DNA of 41,846 bases, from IMG/VR virus record IMGVR_UViG_3300045988_092202; one strand, given 5' to 3'. The position numbers and the translations under genes are program-made. The notes under the pieces are model-generated. The model had not been told where the DNA came from, did not search any database, and saw nothing but the letters and a program-made list of their open reading frames with translations. Numbering within the stretch: position 1 is the first letter of the stretch; every line of letters starts with the position of its first letter. Origin of the DNA: a virus. Positions 24,577 to 32,595 of this stretch are shown piece after piece.

Positions 24577-26433
24577 TTACTTTGCCATGGAAGCGTACCG
24601 GATTTGCTGGTCAAAGCCCAGCACCGTCCCCACCGCTCCCGGTTCCGTGATTTTGATAATGACCTTGTAATAGATAAATTTCTTCACCTTCAGCCGCACC
24701 CGGTGAATGCTCGGCCGGTCGTTGGTCGCAAATGTCCATGTCCGGAAGTTTACATTCAGCCAGTCGAAAACGGAGATTTCCGTCTCCTTGTCCAGGTAGT
24801 CCCCCCGCCGGTCGGTTTCGGCGGTCACCGTCACCTTCGTGCTGGCCTGGGGCAGAATGGAGAAGTACAGATAGCTGCTGTATTTCCGCCGGAAGTCCGC
24901 CCCAAAGCTCATGTTTCCGGATACCCAGATCGCCGGGATTGCCGCCGAACCCTCTTTCGGCAGTGCGTCCATGTGTGCGTACCGGCTCAGGGCGAAGGCT
25001 TCCGTGTCCGTGAAAAAAACCAGCTTCTTTCCGAAGCTTACGCACCGTGTCACGTTCCGGAAAACCTCGCCTCGGTACAGCAGCCACAGACCGCCGTCCT
25101 TTCCCAGCTCGTACCGGTTCACAGCCACCGTGCCCTGACTGTCGTTCAGGAAGACGTAATAGGTCTTTTCCACGCCGTCGTCGAAGGTAACAGCCTTTCT
25201 CAGGTCAGCGTCCTGCATAGTCCTTCCGATGGCATCCGATACCAGCACCGCGTACCGCTCATCTCTGGCAAAGCTGGCCTTCAGCCGCCACTCATACACC
25301 CCGCCCTTGTTCAGCGTCCGGGGGTAGTTGTTCACCGTCTGCACCTGCCCCACAGCGTCGCAGCCGAAGGTGTCGTTCACAGACCGCAGGTAGAAGCCCG
25401 CCGTGGTGGTCCCGTCCGTCAGCGTCACCGGCTCGTAGGAGATGCAGAAGGTCTCATCCTGCTTGAACACCAGAAGTTTCGAGTAGTGCCGCCGTAGTCC
25501 CGTAATTTCCGAAGCGGAAATGTCCACGCTTACCTCGTTCAGCGCCGGGAAGTACATGGCCGTGGTCTCTCCGTTCAGGGTGGGGCTTGTGTAGTAGCAT
25601 AGGTTCGTCCCGTTCCCGGCGGCAAACAGTCTCGTGTCCGTGGAGCCGTTGTAGCTTTCATGCAGGCGGCAGCGGATGATCTGCATCCGCGCCGTTTCCG
25701 CCGCTTCTGCGTCAATGCCGTAGGTGATCTCTACGTTCCCCACACCCTTGATCGGTGCGGACGTGAAGGTGAAGGTCTGGCTCTCCGGGGCAAAGCTTCC
25801 CATGACGCCAGGCGCATGGCTCTGCCCATCCACGCCGATGAGCGTTACCTCCGCCGCCTCCGGAGGAAGCACAAATTTTGTACTCTCTCCGTCTGCGCTG
25901 TAGGTGATTTTCCGGTACCGGGACAGAAGGTTGATCCGCTCCATGCTGGTTCCGCCGCCCGCCGGGGAGGCCCCCGCAAGCACCGTGGGAATGTAGGCCT
26001 CCGCTTCCGTGAATTTTTTGCCGCCGTATACCAGGCACTTTCCGGCACTGAAAATGTAGATGTCCCCGCCGAAGTCGAAGATGCTCACATAGCTGTTTTC
26101 TTTCGCTGTCAGCCCCAGTGCGCCGCTCTGCGCCCTTTTTACCGTGTTCCCGGATACATCCTCTTCAATGCAGGTTATCCGGTCTGCGCCTCCCTGGAAG
26201 TCGCACACAATAAGAAGGTTCTTCCCACCCACGGAACCAGACCAAACCCCCAGGATGTCCCCGAAGCTGTCAAAGCGTACCGCCCCAGGCCGAAGCCGCA
26301 GGTTGTAGTCGTCCGTGATGTAGAAGTTTTCCATTTTACTTGCCGTGCCCATTTCCAGCTCCGTGTCTCCGTCCCCGCTTTCCCGCAGACCCAGAAACCG
26401 GTCAACCGTAAACATTCTCATGTCCGAGCTCAT
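24577..26433 (-). CDS. Large beta-rich virion protein (putative tail/nozzle, 618 aa)
   Basis: ATG 26431-26433 follows GGGAGGAGGAAGACA. Beta-strand-rich sequence. It is the first gene of the virion block. Confidence 0.65.
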   Translation of the reverse strand: MSSDMRMFTVDRFLGLRESGDGDTELEMGTASKMENFYITDDYNLRLRPGAVRFDSFGDILGVWSGSVGGKNLLIVCDFQGGADRITCIEEDVSGNTVKRAQSGALGLTAKENSYVSIFDFGGDIYIFSAGKCLVYGGKKFTEAEAYIPTVLAGASPAGGGTSMERINLLSRYRKITYSADGESTKFVLPPEAAEVTLIGVDGQSHAPGVMGSFAPESQTFTFTSAPIKGVGNVEITYGIDAEAAETARMQIIRCRLHESYNGSTDTRLFAAGNGTNLCYYTSPTLNGETTAMYFPALNEVSVDISASEITGLRRHYSKLLVFKQDETFCISYEPVTLTDGTTTAGFYLRSVNDTFGCDAVGQVQTVNNYPRTLNKGGVYEWRLKASFARDERYAVLVSDAIGRTMQDADLRKAVTFDDGVEKTYYVFLNDSQGTVAVNRYELGKDGGLWLLYRGEVFRNVTRCVSFGKKLVFFTDTEAFALSRYAHMDALPKEGSAAIPAIWVSGNMSFGADFRRKYSSYLYFSILPQASTKVTVTAETDRRGDYLDKETEISVFDWLNVNFRTWTFATNDRPSIHRVRLKVKKFIYYKVIIKITEPGAVGTVLGFDQQIRYASMAK

Positions 26434-26893
26434 TGTCTTCCTCCTCCCGGTAGTCAAATATGTAGATTTCCGCCCGTGGGTTCTCCTTGTCATATAGCAC
26501 CCGGCTCCCGTCCCGGCTCCGGATGATCTTCCGGTTGTCATCCTGGAGAATGCCCTCCTTCACCAGAATGTCGTCCAGTGCTTCATATAAATTCAGGTCG
26601 TCCTTCCTGTGCCAGGTTCCGGTGTACAGCCGGTATACCAGCCGCACCTGACCGGCAATGGGGCTTTCCGGCTTTGGGTGTAGATACTGCGCCGCCTGAA
26701 AGGCGTATTCTGTGGTTGTCTTTCCGTTTTTCACAAACTGCCTGGCGTACTTTCCGCACACCGGGCATCGTTTTCCGCACCCCACAATCCGGTGACTGTT
26801 TTTTTTCGTCCGTGGGTCAAGCGGAATGACGTATTTTTGCAAAAGCAATCCCTGTTTCCCCCTTTGTATCAAAAAAGAGCCAGTGCTGCCCAT
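26402..26893 (-). CDS. rusA: RusA-family Holliday-junction resolvase
   Basis: The motif RKDDLNLYEALDDILVKEGILQDDNRKI plus the inserted CGKRCPVCGK match the RusA pattern. The start is uncertain (ATG 26893 or an internal TTG). Confidence 0.75.
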   Translation of the reverse strand: MGSTGSFLIQRGKQGLLLQKYVIPLDPRTKKNSHRIVGCGKRCPVCGKYARQFVKNGKTTTEYAFQAAQYLHPKPESPIAGQVRLVYRLYTGTWHRKDDLNLYEALDDILVKEGILQDDNRKIIRSRDGSRVLYDKENPRAEIYIFDYREEEDNELGHENVYG

Positions 26894-26955
26894 CGGCAAG
26901 CACCGGCTCTAAGCTCTCGCTTTTTGCTTATTGTAGCAAACAAATTCCCGGAAAT

Positions 26956-27150
26956 CTAGGAATGATCCGAACTTTCTTTTCGCTTAACATTTCGTTTCCG
27001 GGTCTCCCGCCGCACCGTGCACCCCGGCCCCGGCTCGCATGGCCTTCGCTTGCCGGTTATCAGGTAATAGTCGCACGTTGCGCTCTGCTCGTAGTAGCCT
27101 TCCAGGTAAATACACCCATTGCACGGGTGCTTTGGCAGATTTCGCTTCAT
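26956..27150 (-). CDS. Small Cys-rich protein (64 aa)
   Basis: CNGC...C...C pattern. RBS is GAGGTGGCGGC. Confidence 0.55.
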   Translation of the reverse strand: MKRNLPKHPCNGCIYLEGYYEQSATCDYYLITGKRRPCEPGPGCTVRRETRKRNVKRKESSDHS

Positions 27151-27159
27151 GCCGCCACC

Positions 27160-27606
27160 TCAGAAGGGCAGCTTCTCGTCGTCGCCTTCCAGCAAGGCGA
27201 AGTTGTTTTCCGGCTCCGGCGGCATGTATGGCGGCTGATATGGATATTGGCTCTGCGCCGGATTCCCGCCGCTCTGGTTGTCGGCGTCCTGCTTGCTCCC
27301 GCCGAAGTAGCAGTGATCCGCCACCACCTCCGCCGCCGTCCGCTTTTTGCCGTCCTTGTCCGTGTAGCTCCGCATCTGAAGCCGCCCGGACACGGCGATC
27401 AGCTTTCCCTTGGTGAAGTATTTGGAAACAAACTCTCCCGTCTGCCGCCAGGCCACGCAGTTGATAAAGTCCGCTTCCTTCTGCCCGTCACCGGAAAAGT
27501 CCCGGTCAACCGCCACACAGAAGCTAGCCACGGCAGTTCCGTTCCCCGTCCGCCGCAGCTCCGGGTCTCGCACCAGCCGCCCCATAATCGCAATGTGATT
27601 TAACAC
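27160..27606 (-). CDS. ssb: Single-stranded DNA-binding protein
   Basis: OB-fold N-terminus (IMGRLVRDPELRRTGNGTAVASF...), a G/Q/P-rich linker and an acidic tip DDEKLPF. Confidence 0.93.
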   Translation of the reverse strand: MLNHIAIMGRLVRDPELRRTGNGTAVASFCVAVDRDFSGDGQKEADFINCVAWRQTGEFVSKYFTKGKLIAVSGRLQMRSYTDKDGKKRTAAEVVADHCYFGGSKQDADNQSGGNPAQSQYPYQPPYMPPEPENNFALLEGDDEKLPF

Positions 27607-27610
27607 CAGC

Positions 27611-27769
27611 TCACTCCTTCCCCTTTTTCTTTTCTGCGATCCGCTTTTTCTCCGCTTCTTTCAGTGCATTAAACACCATGACGTATATGTCCATTGTGAA
27701 ATCCGTGTCCACCGGAATCAGCGGGGCGATAAAGTGCCAACAGTCCATGTATGTGAGTTCACTGTTCAT
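27611..27769 (-). CDS. Hypothetical protein (52 aa)
   Basis: ATG 27767-27769 follows AAAGGGGAACGAAAAAA. Confidence 0.45.
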   Translation of the reverse strand: MNSELTYMDCWHFIAPLIPVDTDFTMDIYVMVFNALKEAEKKRIAEKKKGKE

Positions 27770-27998
27770 TTTTTTCGTTCCCCTTTGCCAGCCATTCCAG
27801 AAACTTCTCCCTGTTTCTTGTGTATTCACGAATGCGGCTGTTTACATCCCTGGTGACCCAAAGCGCAACAATCGCCTTACACCAGGCTCGGAAAACGACA
27901 TAGATAATCAGAGCTGCCAGTAAAAGCACGAAAGCAAACCCGCCGAGCATCATAAAGCGCCTTCCAAGAAACAATGCGAATTCTTCAAGTGCGACCAT
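27759..27998 (-). CDS. Small membrane protein (79 aa)
   Basis: One TM segment (MMLGGFAFVLLLAALIIYVVF). RBS is GGAGGAATAAGG. Confidence 0.6.
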   Translation of the reverse strand: MVALEEFALFLGRRFMMLGGFAFVLLLAALIIYVVFRAWCKAIVALWVTRDVNSRIREYTRNREKFLEWLAKGNEKNEQ

Positions 27999-28000
27999 CC

Positions 28001-28336
28001 TTATTCCTCCTTCGGCGGTTCAGGCAGCGGCATCCGTGGGGTAAACTTCTTACAACAGGGGTAGCCGACGATCTCACCACAATTCTTGTTCCCGTAGACA
28101 ATATTTCCGACTATATTGTGGTCAAAATGACCGCACATGGTACAAATGAACATTTCGGCATCCTGCCACTTCTTCCGAAGCTGGACGACGGCTTTCTCGC
28201 GCTCCTGGAACCGCGCCACCGGCACGGCATCCACGGTTGGAGCCTTATCAATATCCTGGCAATAAACAAAATGTTCGCCATCGTCGGGGTCAGCAAACGC
28301 CTTTCCCTTGAGTTCGTCAGCATCAATCAGCCGCAT
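28001..28336 (-). CDS. Hypothetical Cys-rich protein (111 aa, MRLIDADEL family)
   Basis: ATG 28334-28336 follows GGAGGTGCGGGGA. C-terminal CTMCGH...C...CC cluster. Confidence 0.6.
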   Translation of the reverse strand: MRLIDADELKGKAFADPDDGEHFVYCQDIDKAPTVDAVPVARFQEREKAVVQLRKKWQDAEMFICTMCGHFDHNIVGNIVYGNKNCGEIVGYPCCKKFTPRMPLPEPPKEE

Positions 28337-28652
28337 TCCCCGCACCTCCTTCCTCCGGCATCTCCGGGAGGGGTTGCCAGTGGGTGATATGTCTGCCGGG
28401 TTCAAGTCCGTCCGGGTAAAAATACGGTGTACCGCCCACATAAGATTTCCGCGTGCGGCTTGCGATGTGCTTGTACTTATCAAGCGTCAGCACCGTGACA
28501 CCTATCTCCGGCAGCCTCTCGCCGCACGGAATCCACCTTGTCCGCTCCAACGCCACCATACCCATCCGGCAGGCCTCGTTCACCTCGTCCATGCCGTCAT
28601 AATTCTCCCGGTGTTCCGGGTCAAGGATTTCAATTGCTCGGTCAATTTTCAT
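28323..28652 (-). CDS. DUF551-domain protein
   Basis: RWIPCGERLPEIGVTVL...ITHWQPLPEMPEE matches the DUF551 signature. Confidence 0.75.
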   Translation of the reverse strand: MKIDRAIEILDPEHRENYDGMDEVNEACRMGMVALERTRWIPCGERLPEIGVTVLTLDKYKHIASRTRKSYVGGTPYFYPDGLEPGRHITHWQPLPEMPEEGGAGNAAD

Positions 28653-28989
28653 GGTTGTCCTCCAAATCCATTTTAGCGCCGCAGTTTGGGCAGTAGTTAT
28701 AATTCAGCAGCGGCAAATCTTCATCAATTTCAAAGCAAAATTCTTCGCCACAGGCTGTGCATCGATATGTTGTAAGGCTGTTCCAGTCATAGTCGTTTCT
28801 CAACCACTTACAATGCCGCACCGGCTCCACATCGGCGGCTGGGATTCTGTGAAAGTCCTCGGCCAAATCGTTATAGGCATCGGCATAGATTCCGCTTTCA
28901 CCACCCAGCTCTTCAAATGCTTTGCTCATTTCTTCGGACTGCTCGCGGATATAAGCAATCGCCGCCTCCCGGCTTATGTAATCACTCAT
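28642..28989 (-). CDS. Hypothetical protein with a C-terminal zinc ribbon (115 aa)
   Basis: ATG 28987-28989 follows GGAGGAATTGAA. CTACG...CPNCG. Confidence 0.6.
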   Translation of the reverse strand: MSDYISREAAIAYIREQSEEMSKAFEELGGESGIYADAYNDLAEDFHRIPAADVEPVRHCKWLRNDYDWNSLTTYRCTACGEEFCFEIDEDLPLLNYNYCPNCGAKMDLEDNHEN

Positions 28990-29483
28990 TTCAATTCCTC
29001 CACATAGCACCAGCTCTGGGGCGGGCGTTTAATTTTGTATCGCTCAAGCCAGACACCAGAGGCCCGTACACCGGTAAAATCGTCAAGTTCCATAGGCAAC
29101 GGGTAGAAAATACGAACATCTGAAATATTCCAGCCGTAAAGCGTCTGCCCCTTGCCGTAGTCCCACATGGCCCCATTTACCAGGCACGTTTTTAGAACAT
29201 AATCATCGTCAATGTCATAGGTTCCATACGGTTCGTTTTCCAGTTTGATTTTGTCGATGCCCGTGCAAGTAAACTCTGCGACAACCCTCCCGCGCCCACG
29301 GAATATCATGTGCCCGTCTTCGTCAATCCATGGGGTATCGCTCTTTCCTTGTGTCTCGTAAATATAGCACTTGAACGGCGTATCCAGTTTCGGACGGGTC
29401 TTTCTGACTTCCAGCGTCTTTTCCCCGCTGAGAATCTTTTCCACCCACTCCGGGCGAATGCTGATAAGTACCGCTTTAGCCAT
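28986..29483 (-). CDS. ASCH-domain protein (165 aa)
   Basis: MAKAVLISIRPEWVEKILSGEKTLEVRKTRP is the ASCH N-terminal signature. RBS is GGAGGGCTGAAC. Confidence 0.75.
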   Translation of the reverse strand: MAKAVLISIRPEWVEKILSGEKTLEVRKTRPKLDTPFKCYIYETQGKSDTPWIDEDGHMIFRGRGRVVAEFTCTGIDKIKLENEPYGTYDIDDDYVLKTCLVNGAMWDYGKGQTLYGWNISDVRIFYPLPMELDDFTGVRASGVWLERYKIKRPPQSWCYVEELK

Positions 29484-29676
29484 GTTCAGCCCTCCGGTTC
29501 CAAGCTTCACGCGCTTTTTCGGGCAGATATGTAAGCCCAGATGTTGCGCAGCACCTTCTGCATACCACGGTATACGCCCAATGCCGTTTTTCCGTATCTT
29601 CGACCGCTTCACGGTCAACGTTTATCTCTGCCTCGCCCCCGCAAAACGGGCAGGGCTTCAATTTGAATTCGTCCAT
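29476..29676 (-). CDS. lar: Lar-family restriction-alleviation-like protein (66 aa)
   Basis: MDEFKLKPCPFCGGEAEI...VVCRRCCATSG...AREAWNRR matches the Lar family pattern. Confidence 0.75.
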   Translation of the reverse strand: MDEFKLKPCPFCGGEAEINVDREAVEDTEKRHWAYTVVCRRCCATSGLTYLPEKAREAWNRRAEHG

Positions 29677-29713
29677 GTTATCTCCTTCCCGCCCGGGTTG
29701 CCCCGGGCTTGTA

Positions 29714-29830
29714 TTATCCCCACTGTTCCGCCATAGCTTTTGCAATCCCTGGGAAGGTCTTGCTTCTGACCTTTGCCCGGAACGCCTTGCAAACGGTTTG
29801 TGATTCTTCACAGGCTATCAAAACTTTCAT
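29714..29830 (-). pseudogene. Internally deleted remnant of a phage methyltransferase-like gene (38-aa in-frame mini-ORF)
   Basis: MKVLIACEESQTVCKAFRAK joined to VRSKTFPGIAKAMAEQWG. These are the typical N- and C-terminal ends of a roughly 200-aa family annotated as DNA cytosine methyltransferase (from memory). ATGA coupling to the upstream gene. Confidence 0.55.
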
Positions 29831-30723
29831 ACTTCCTCCGTTTCCATAAAATCCTCCATCCCCATCTGTCCCGGCAGCACATCGTATTCCATCCACCAGC
29901 GGAACACATCTTCGGCGGTGGTTCCCATACGCCACGAACCATCCAGCTTTCCACGCCGTCTGCGTTCTTCTAGCATCCTATCGAATGCCCGCAGATAGAG
30001 ATTTTTGTACTTCGGCCACCGGGCGAACTCGACTTCACGGGCTTTTTTGCCAGCCACCGGGCATCCGATACAGCCAACCCGGCGTTGCCCCTCTGCGTAA
30101 AGCGGGTTCATAGGGCATTGGGCATCCTCCAAAAAGCTGTATACATCCTCGTTTGTCCAGTCGATAATGGGGTTCACGACCCGCTTCGCTTTCAGGCGGC
30201 AATTTTCAAAAAGCATCCGCTTTTCGTCATTATCGTTTACAAGAATGATGTTTTCTTGCTTCGTTTTTCCTAGCTTTTCGTAGATTCCACGGTTGTTTTT
30301 TCTGGATACGGATTCAGCCCAACGAACCCCGGTGCAGATAAACCGCCCTGCCCCTCCTGTTTCTTTCAGCACAGAACAGCAGTAGCGCACCAGCCGTGTA
30401 GGCGGCATGAGCTTTTGCGGAATCAGGCTCCACATGGATACCCTCTGGCCTTTGTAAGTAGGCATATTAACCGTGCATTTATAGCCCAGTTCCTCGAGCC
30501 GCTTGAGCTCACTTCGGACGAACCGCACCGTCTCCGGGGCATCAGCGGTTGTGTGGCTGTGCAAAAACTCGCAAGGAATGCCGGAGCGCACCGCAAGCTC
30601 GGTGATAACCCCGGAATCTTTTCCGCCGGAAACGCAAATCACCAATGGCTTCTGATAGGCCATGAGGGACATATCAGAGGCAGCTTTCAGGCGTTCGATT
30701 GCCATTTGCTCCAAGTCATTCAT
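29827..30723 (-). CDS. PAPS-reductase-family (adenine-nucleotide alpha-hydrolase) protein (298 aa)
   Basis: The PP-loop VICVSGGKDSGV and the C-terminal Cys cluster CIGCPVAG. ATG is at 30721-30723. Confidence 0.85.
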   Translation of the reverse strand: MNDLEQMAIERLKAASDMSLMAYQKPLVICVSGGKDSGVITELAVRSGIPCEFLHSHTTADAPETVRFVRSELKRLEELGYKCTVNMPTYKGQRVSMWSLIPQKLMPPTRLVRYCCSVLKETGGAGRFICTGVRWAESVSRKNNRGIYEKLGKTKQENIILVNDNDEKRMLFENCRLKAKRVVNPIIDWTNEDVYSFLEDAQCPMNPLYAEGQRRVGCIGCPVAGKKAREVEFARWPKYKNLYLRAFDRMLEERRRRGKLDGSWRMGTTAEDVFRWWMEYDVLPGQMGMEDFMETEEV

Positions 30724-30925
30724 GGCTTTCTTCCACCGGGGAGCGGAGCCACGCAAGGCAGCAATCAAAGCATTTGGCCCCTTTACACACCCACTCAGGT
30801 ATCCTATCGCAGATATGGTCACCGCCGCTTATCAGTGTCGCCAACTCTTCGTCCGTCATAGCCCGGATTTTGTCGCCGTTGGTCAGCGGCTTGCAGGTTG
30901 CGCATTTTTCAGGTTTATTTTCCAT
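30716..30925 (-). CDS. Small Cys-rich protein (69 aa)
   Basis: MENKPEKCATCKPLTNGDKIRAMTDEELATLISGGDHICD...CFDCCLAWL. RBS is AAGGAGACTGAGAACG. This is the only credible part of track ORF 30716..31603. Confidence 0.6.
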   Translation of the reverse strand: MENKPEKCATCKPLTNGDKIRAMTDEELATLISGGDHICDRIPEWVCKGAKCFDCCLAWLRSPVEESHE

Positions 30926-31748
30926 CGTTCTCAGTCTCCTTATCCAACTGCTCCTGGCCATCATCGACCGGTGTTGTATCAATACGCAGTTCCGCAAGCT
31001 GTGCCGCCAGCAGATACGCCTGGGCGTGTACATTTTCACCATGGGTCTTTCCAACCTTTTCCCGGAACTCTGCCAGCGTCCCGAAGAAGCAGCCGATTGC
31101 GGCATGGATACCCCCTTTTTTGTCCCTGGTGAAGGTAATTGTATCATCCCGTGATCCAATAGGCCCGATTTCCAGGTGGCAGGCTTCACCGTATACCCTG
31201 GCATCACCGAAGACCCCGGCATCACCGTATACCCTGGCATCACCGGAGACCCAGGCATCACCGTATACCCTGGCATCACCGAAGACCCTGGCATCACCGT
31301 ATACCCTGGCATCACCGTATACCCTGGCATCACCGTATACCCCGGCATCACCGAAGACCCTGGCATCACCGAAGACCCTGGTATCACCGTATACCCTGGC
31401 ATCACCGGAGACCCAGGCTTCACCGAAGACCCAGGCATCACCGAAGACCCTGGCATCACCGTATACCCTGGCATCACCGAAGACCCAGGCATCACCGAAG
31501 ACCCTGGCATCACCGTATACCCTGGCATCACCGGAGACCCAGGCATCACCGTATACCCTGGCATCACCGAAGACCCTGGCATCACCGGAGACCCAGGCTT
31601 CACCGGCCTGATCTAGGTTTTCTTCCTTCTCCACCCAGCCGCCAGTTTCTCCGGCAGACACGTCCGTAAAGGCTACAACTGCCTTTATACGATGCAGGGT
31701 GATTGCGCCAATTTTTAAGGTTTCATCGGTTAATTCGTACTTTTTCAT
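30915..31748 (-). CDS. Hexapeptide-repeat (left-handed beta-helix-like) protein (277 aa)
   Basis: MKKYELTDETLKIGAITLHRIKAV... is followed by about 24 x G-D-A-[RW]-V-[YFS] and then a globular C-terminus. ATG is at 31746-31748. Confidence 0.8.
   Translation of the reverse strand: MKKYELTDETLKIGAITLHRIKAVVAFTDVSAGETGGWVEKEENLDQAGEAWVSGDARVFGDARVYGDAWVSGDARVYGDARVFGDAWVFGDARVYGDARVFGDAWVFGEAWVSGDARVYGDTRVFGDARVFGDAGVYGDARVYGDARVYGDARVFGDARVYGDAWVSGDARVYGDAGVFGDARVYGEACHLEIGPIGSRDDTITFTRDKKGGIHAAIGCFFGTLAEFREKVGKTHGENVHAQAYLLAAQLAELRIDTTPVDDGQEQLDKETENDGK
31182..31604 (-). repeat. Tandem array of about 23.5 x 18-bp units (coding; hexapeptide GDARVY/GDARVF/GDAWVS/GDAWVF)
   Basis: Units gtataccctggcatcacc, gaagaccctggcatcacc and ggagacccaggcatcacc repeat head-to-tail without spacers. 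Confidence 0.9.
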
Positions 31749-31767
31749 CTTGCATTTCCTTTCTGCG

Positions 31768-32595
31768 TTACGGTTCTTCTGTCCGTATTGTCGGTTCTTT
31801 CCACAACTTTTTCCGCAAAATCTCGTAGTGTTTTTCAGGGTCAGGCGGGTTATCCTGCCCTTCCAGCCATTTCCCCATCTGGATAATGGCAAACGTTACG
31901 TTCATTTCGCCGAAATCCGAAACCAAAGTCTCATATTCTCTTTGCGTCAGATAGACGTTTTGTCTCGTCCCGTGAGGCAGTCCGTGGGTTGCTGGCCGCC
32001 CTATACTACCTCCCTGGTCTATCCCGTTAGTATCACCTCGGATAGAAGTAGAAATTGGTAATGTTTGGTTAGGTAAGGTTAGGTTAGGTAAGGTAGGGGC
32101 GTTACTTGGCGTGACAGTAACGTTACCGTAACCGTTACACGGCGTTACATCTTCGCCCGGTTCTTCCGGTTCCGGCGTTACATCCGGAGAAGCGTCAGGC
32201 GTTACACCAGCGTTCTTTTTCCGTTCCCTGTAACGCTTGACACGCTCGGCGGTGTTCGCCTTTTGCCTGTCTGCGGCATCCTGCAAAAGGGAGGCGTATT
32301 CGTTCCAGTCATGTAGGTGTCGGTCTTCATCCAGCCACCGTGTTTTTATCAGAGCCGCCACGAATGCGGACGGCTTCTTTTTATACTCAGCGGCTTCCGC
32401 TATGGCTCTGTCGGAGCATTTGCTTAAATCGCCGTCTGTGGCGTTCTGCGCCGCCCATAGCCAGAGGGAAACCATCATACCGGCTGCTATGGCGTTCGGG
32501 TTTGCGTCAGCAGACCGTATGTTCAGCTCATCCGCAAGGTTGGTTGTCTTCGGGTGGTGTATCAGGTTGCTGTAAATCTGTATCCAGGGAATCAA
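31768..32595 (-). CDS. Replisome organizer / DnaD-like replication initiation protein
   Basis: N-terminus: IPWIQIYSNLIHHPKT...MMVSLWLWAAQNATDGDL. C-terminus: VYLTQREYETLVSDFGE. TTG start 8 nt after GGAGGGAGG. Confidence 0.65.
   Translation of the reverse strand: MIPWIQIYSNLIHHPKTTNLADELNIRSADANPNAIAAGMMVSLWLWAAQNATDGDLSKCSDRAIAEAAEYKKKPSAFVAALIKTRWLDEDRHLHDWNEYASLLQDAADRQKANTAERVKRYRERKKNAGVTPDASPDVTPEPEEPGEDVTPCNGYGNVTVTPSNAPTLPNLTLPNQTLPISTSIRGDTNGIDQGGSIGRPATHGLPHGTRQNVYLTQREYETLVSDFGEMNVTFAIIQMGKWLEGQDNPPDPEKHYEILRKKLWKEPTIRTEEP

Noticed and set aside
31182-31604. Possible CRISPR array (regular short repeats).
   Set aside because: The units are contiguous 18-mers with no unique spacers, and they lie inside a coding frame that encodes a hexapeptide repeat. 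No cas genes are present.
30716-31616. Long ORFs rich in P/G/S/V/M (track 30716..31603 minus, 30898..31611 plus, 31176..31616 plus) across the repeat region.
   Set aside because: They are alternative frames of the 18-bp tandem array, which is open in all frames. Only the GDARVY frame has a proper RBS and start (31748) and non-repetitive flanking domains. Only the last 69 codons of 30716..31603 look like a real gene (30716-30925).
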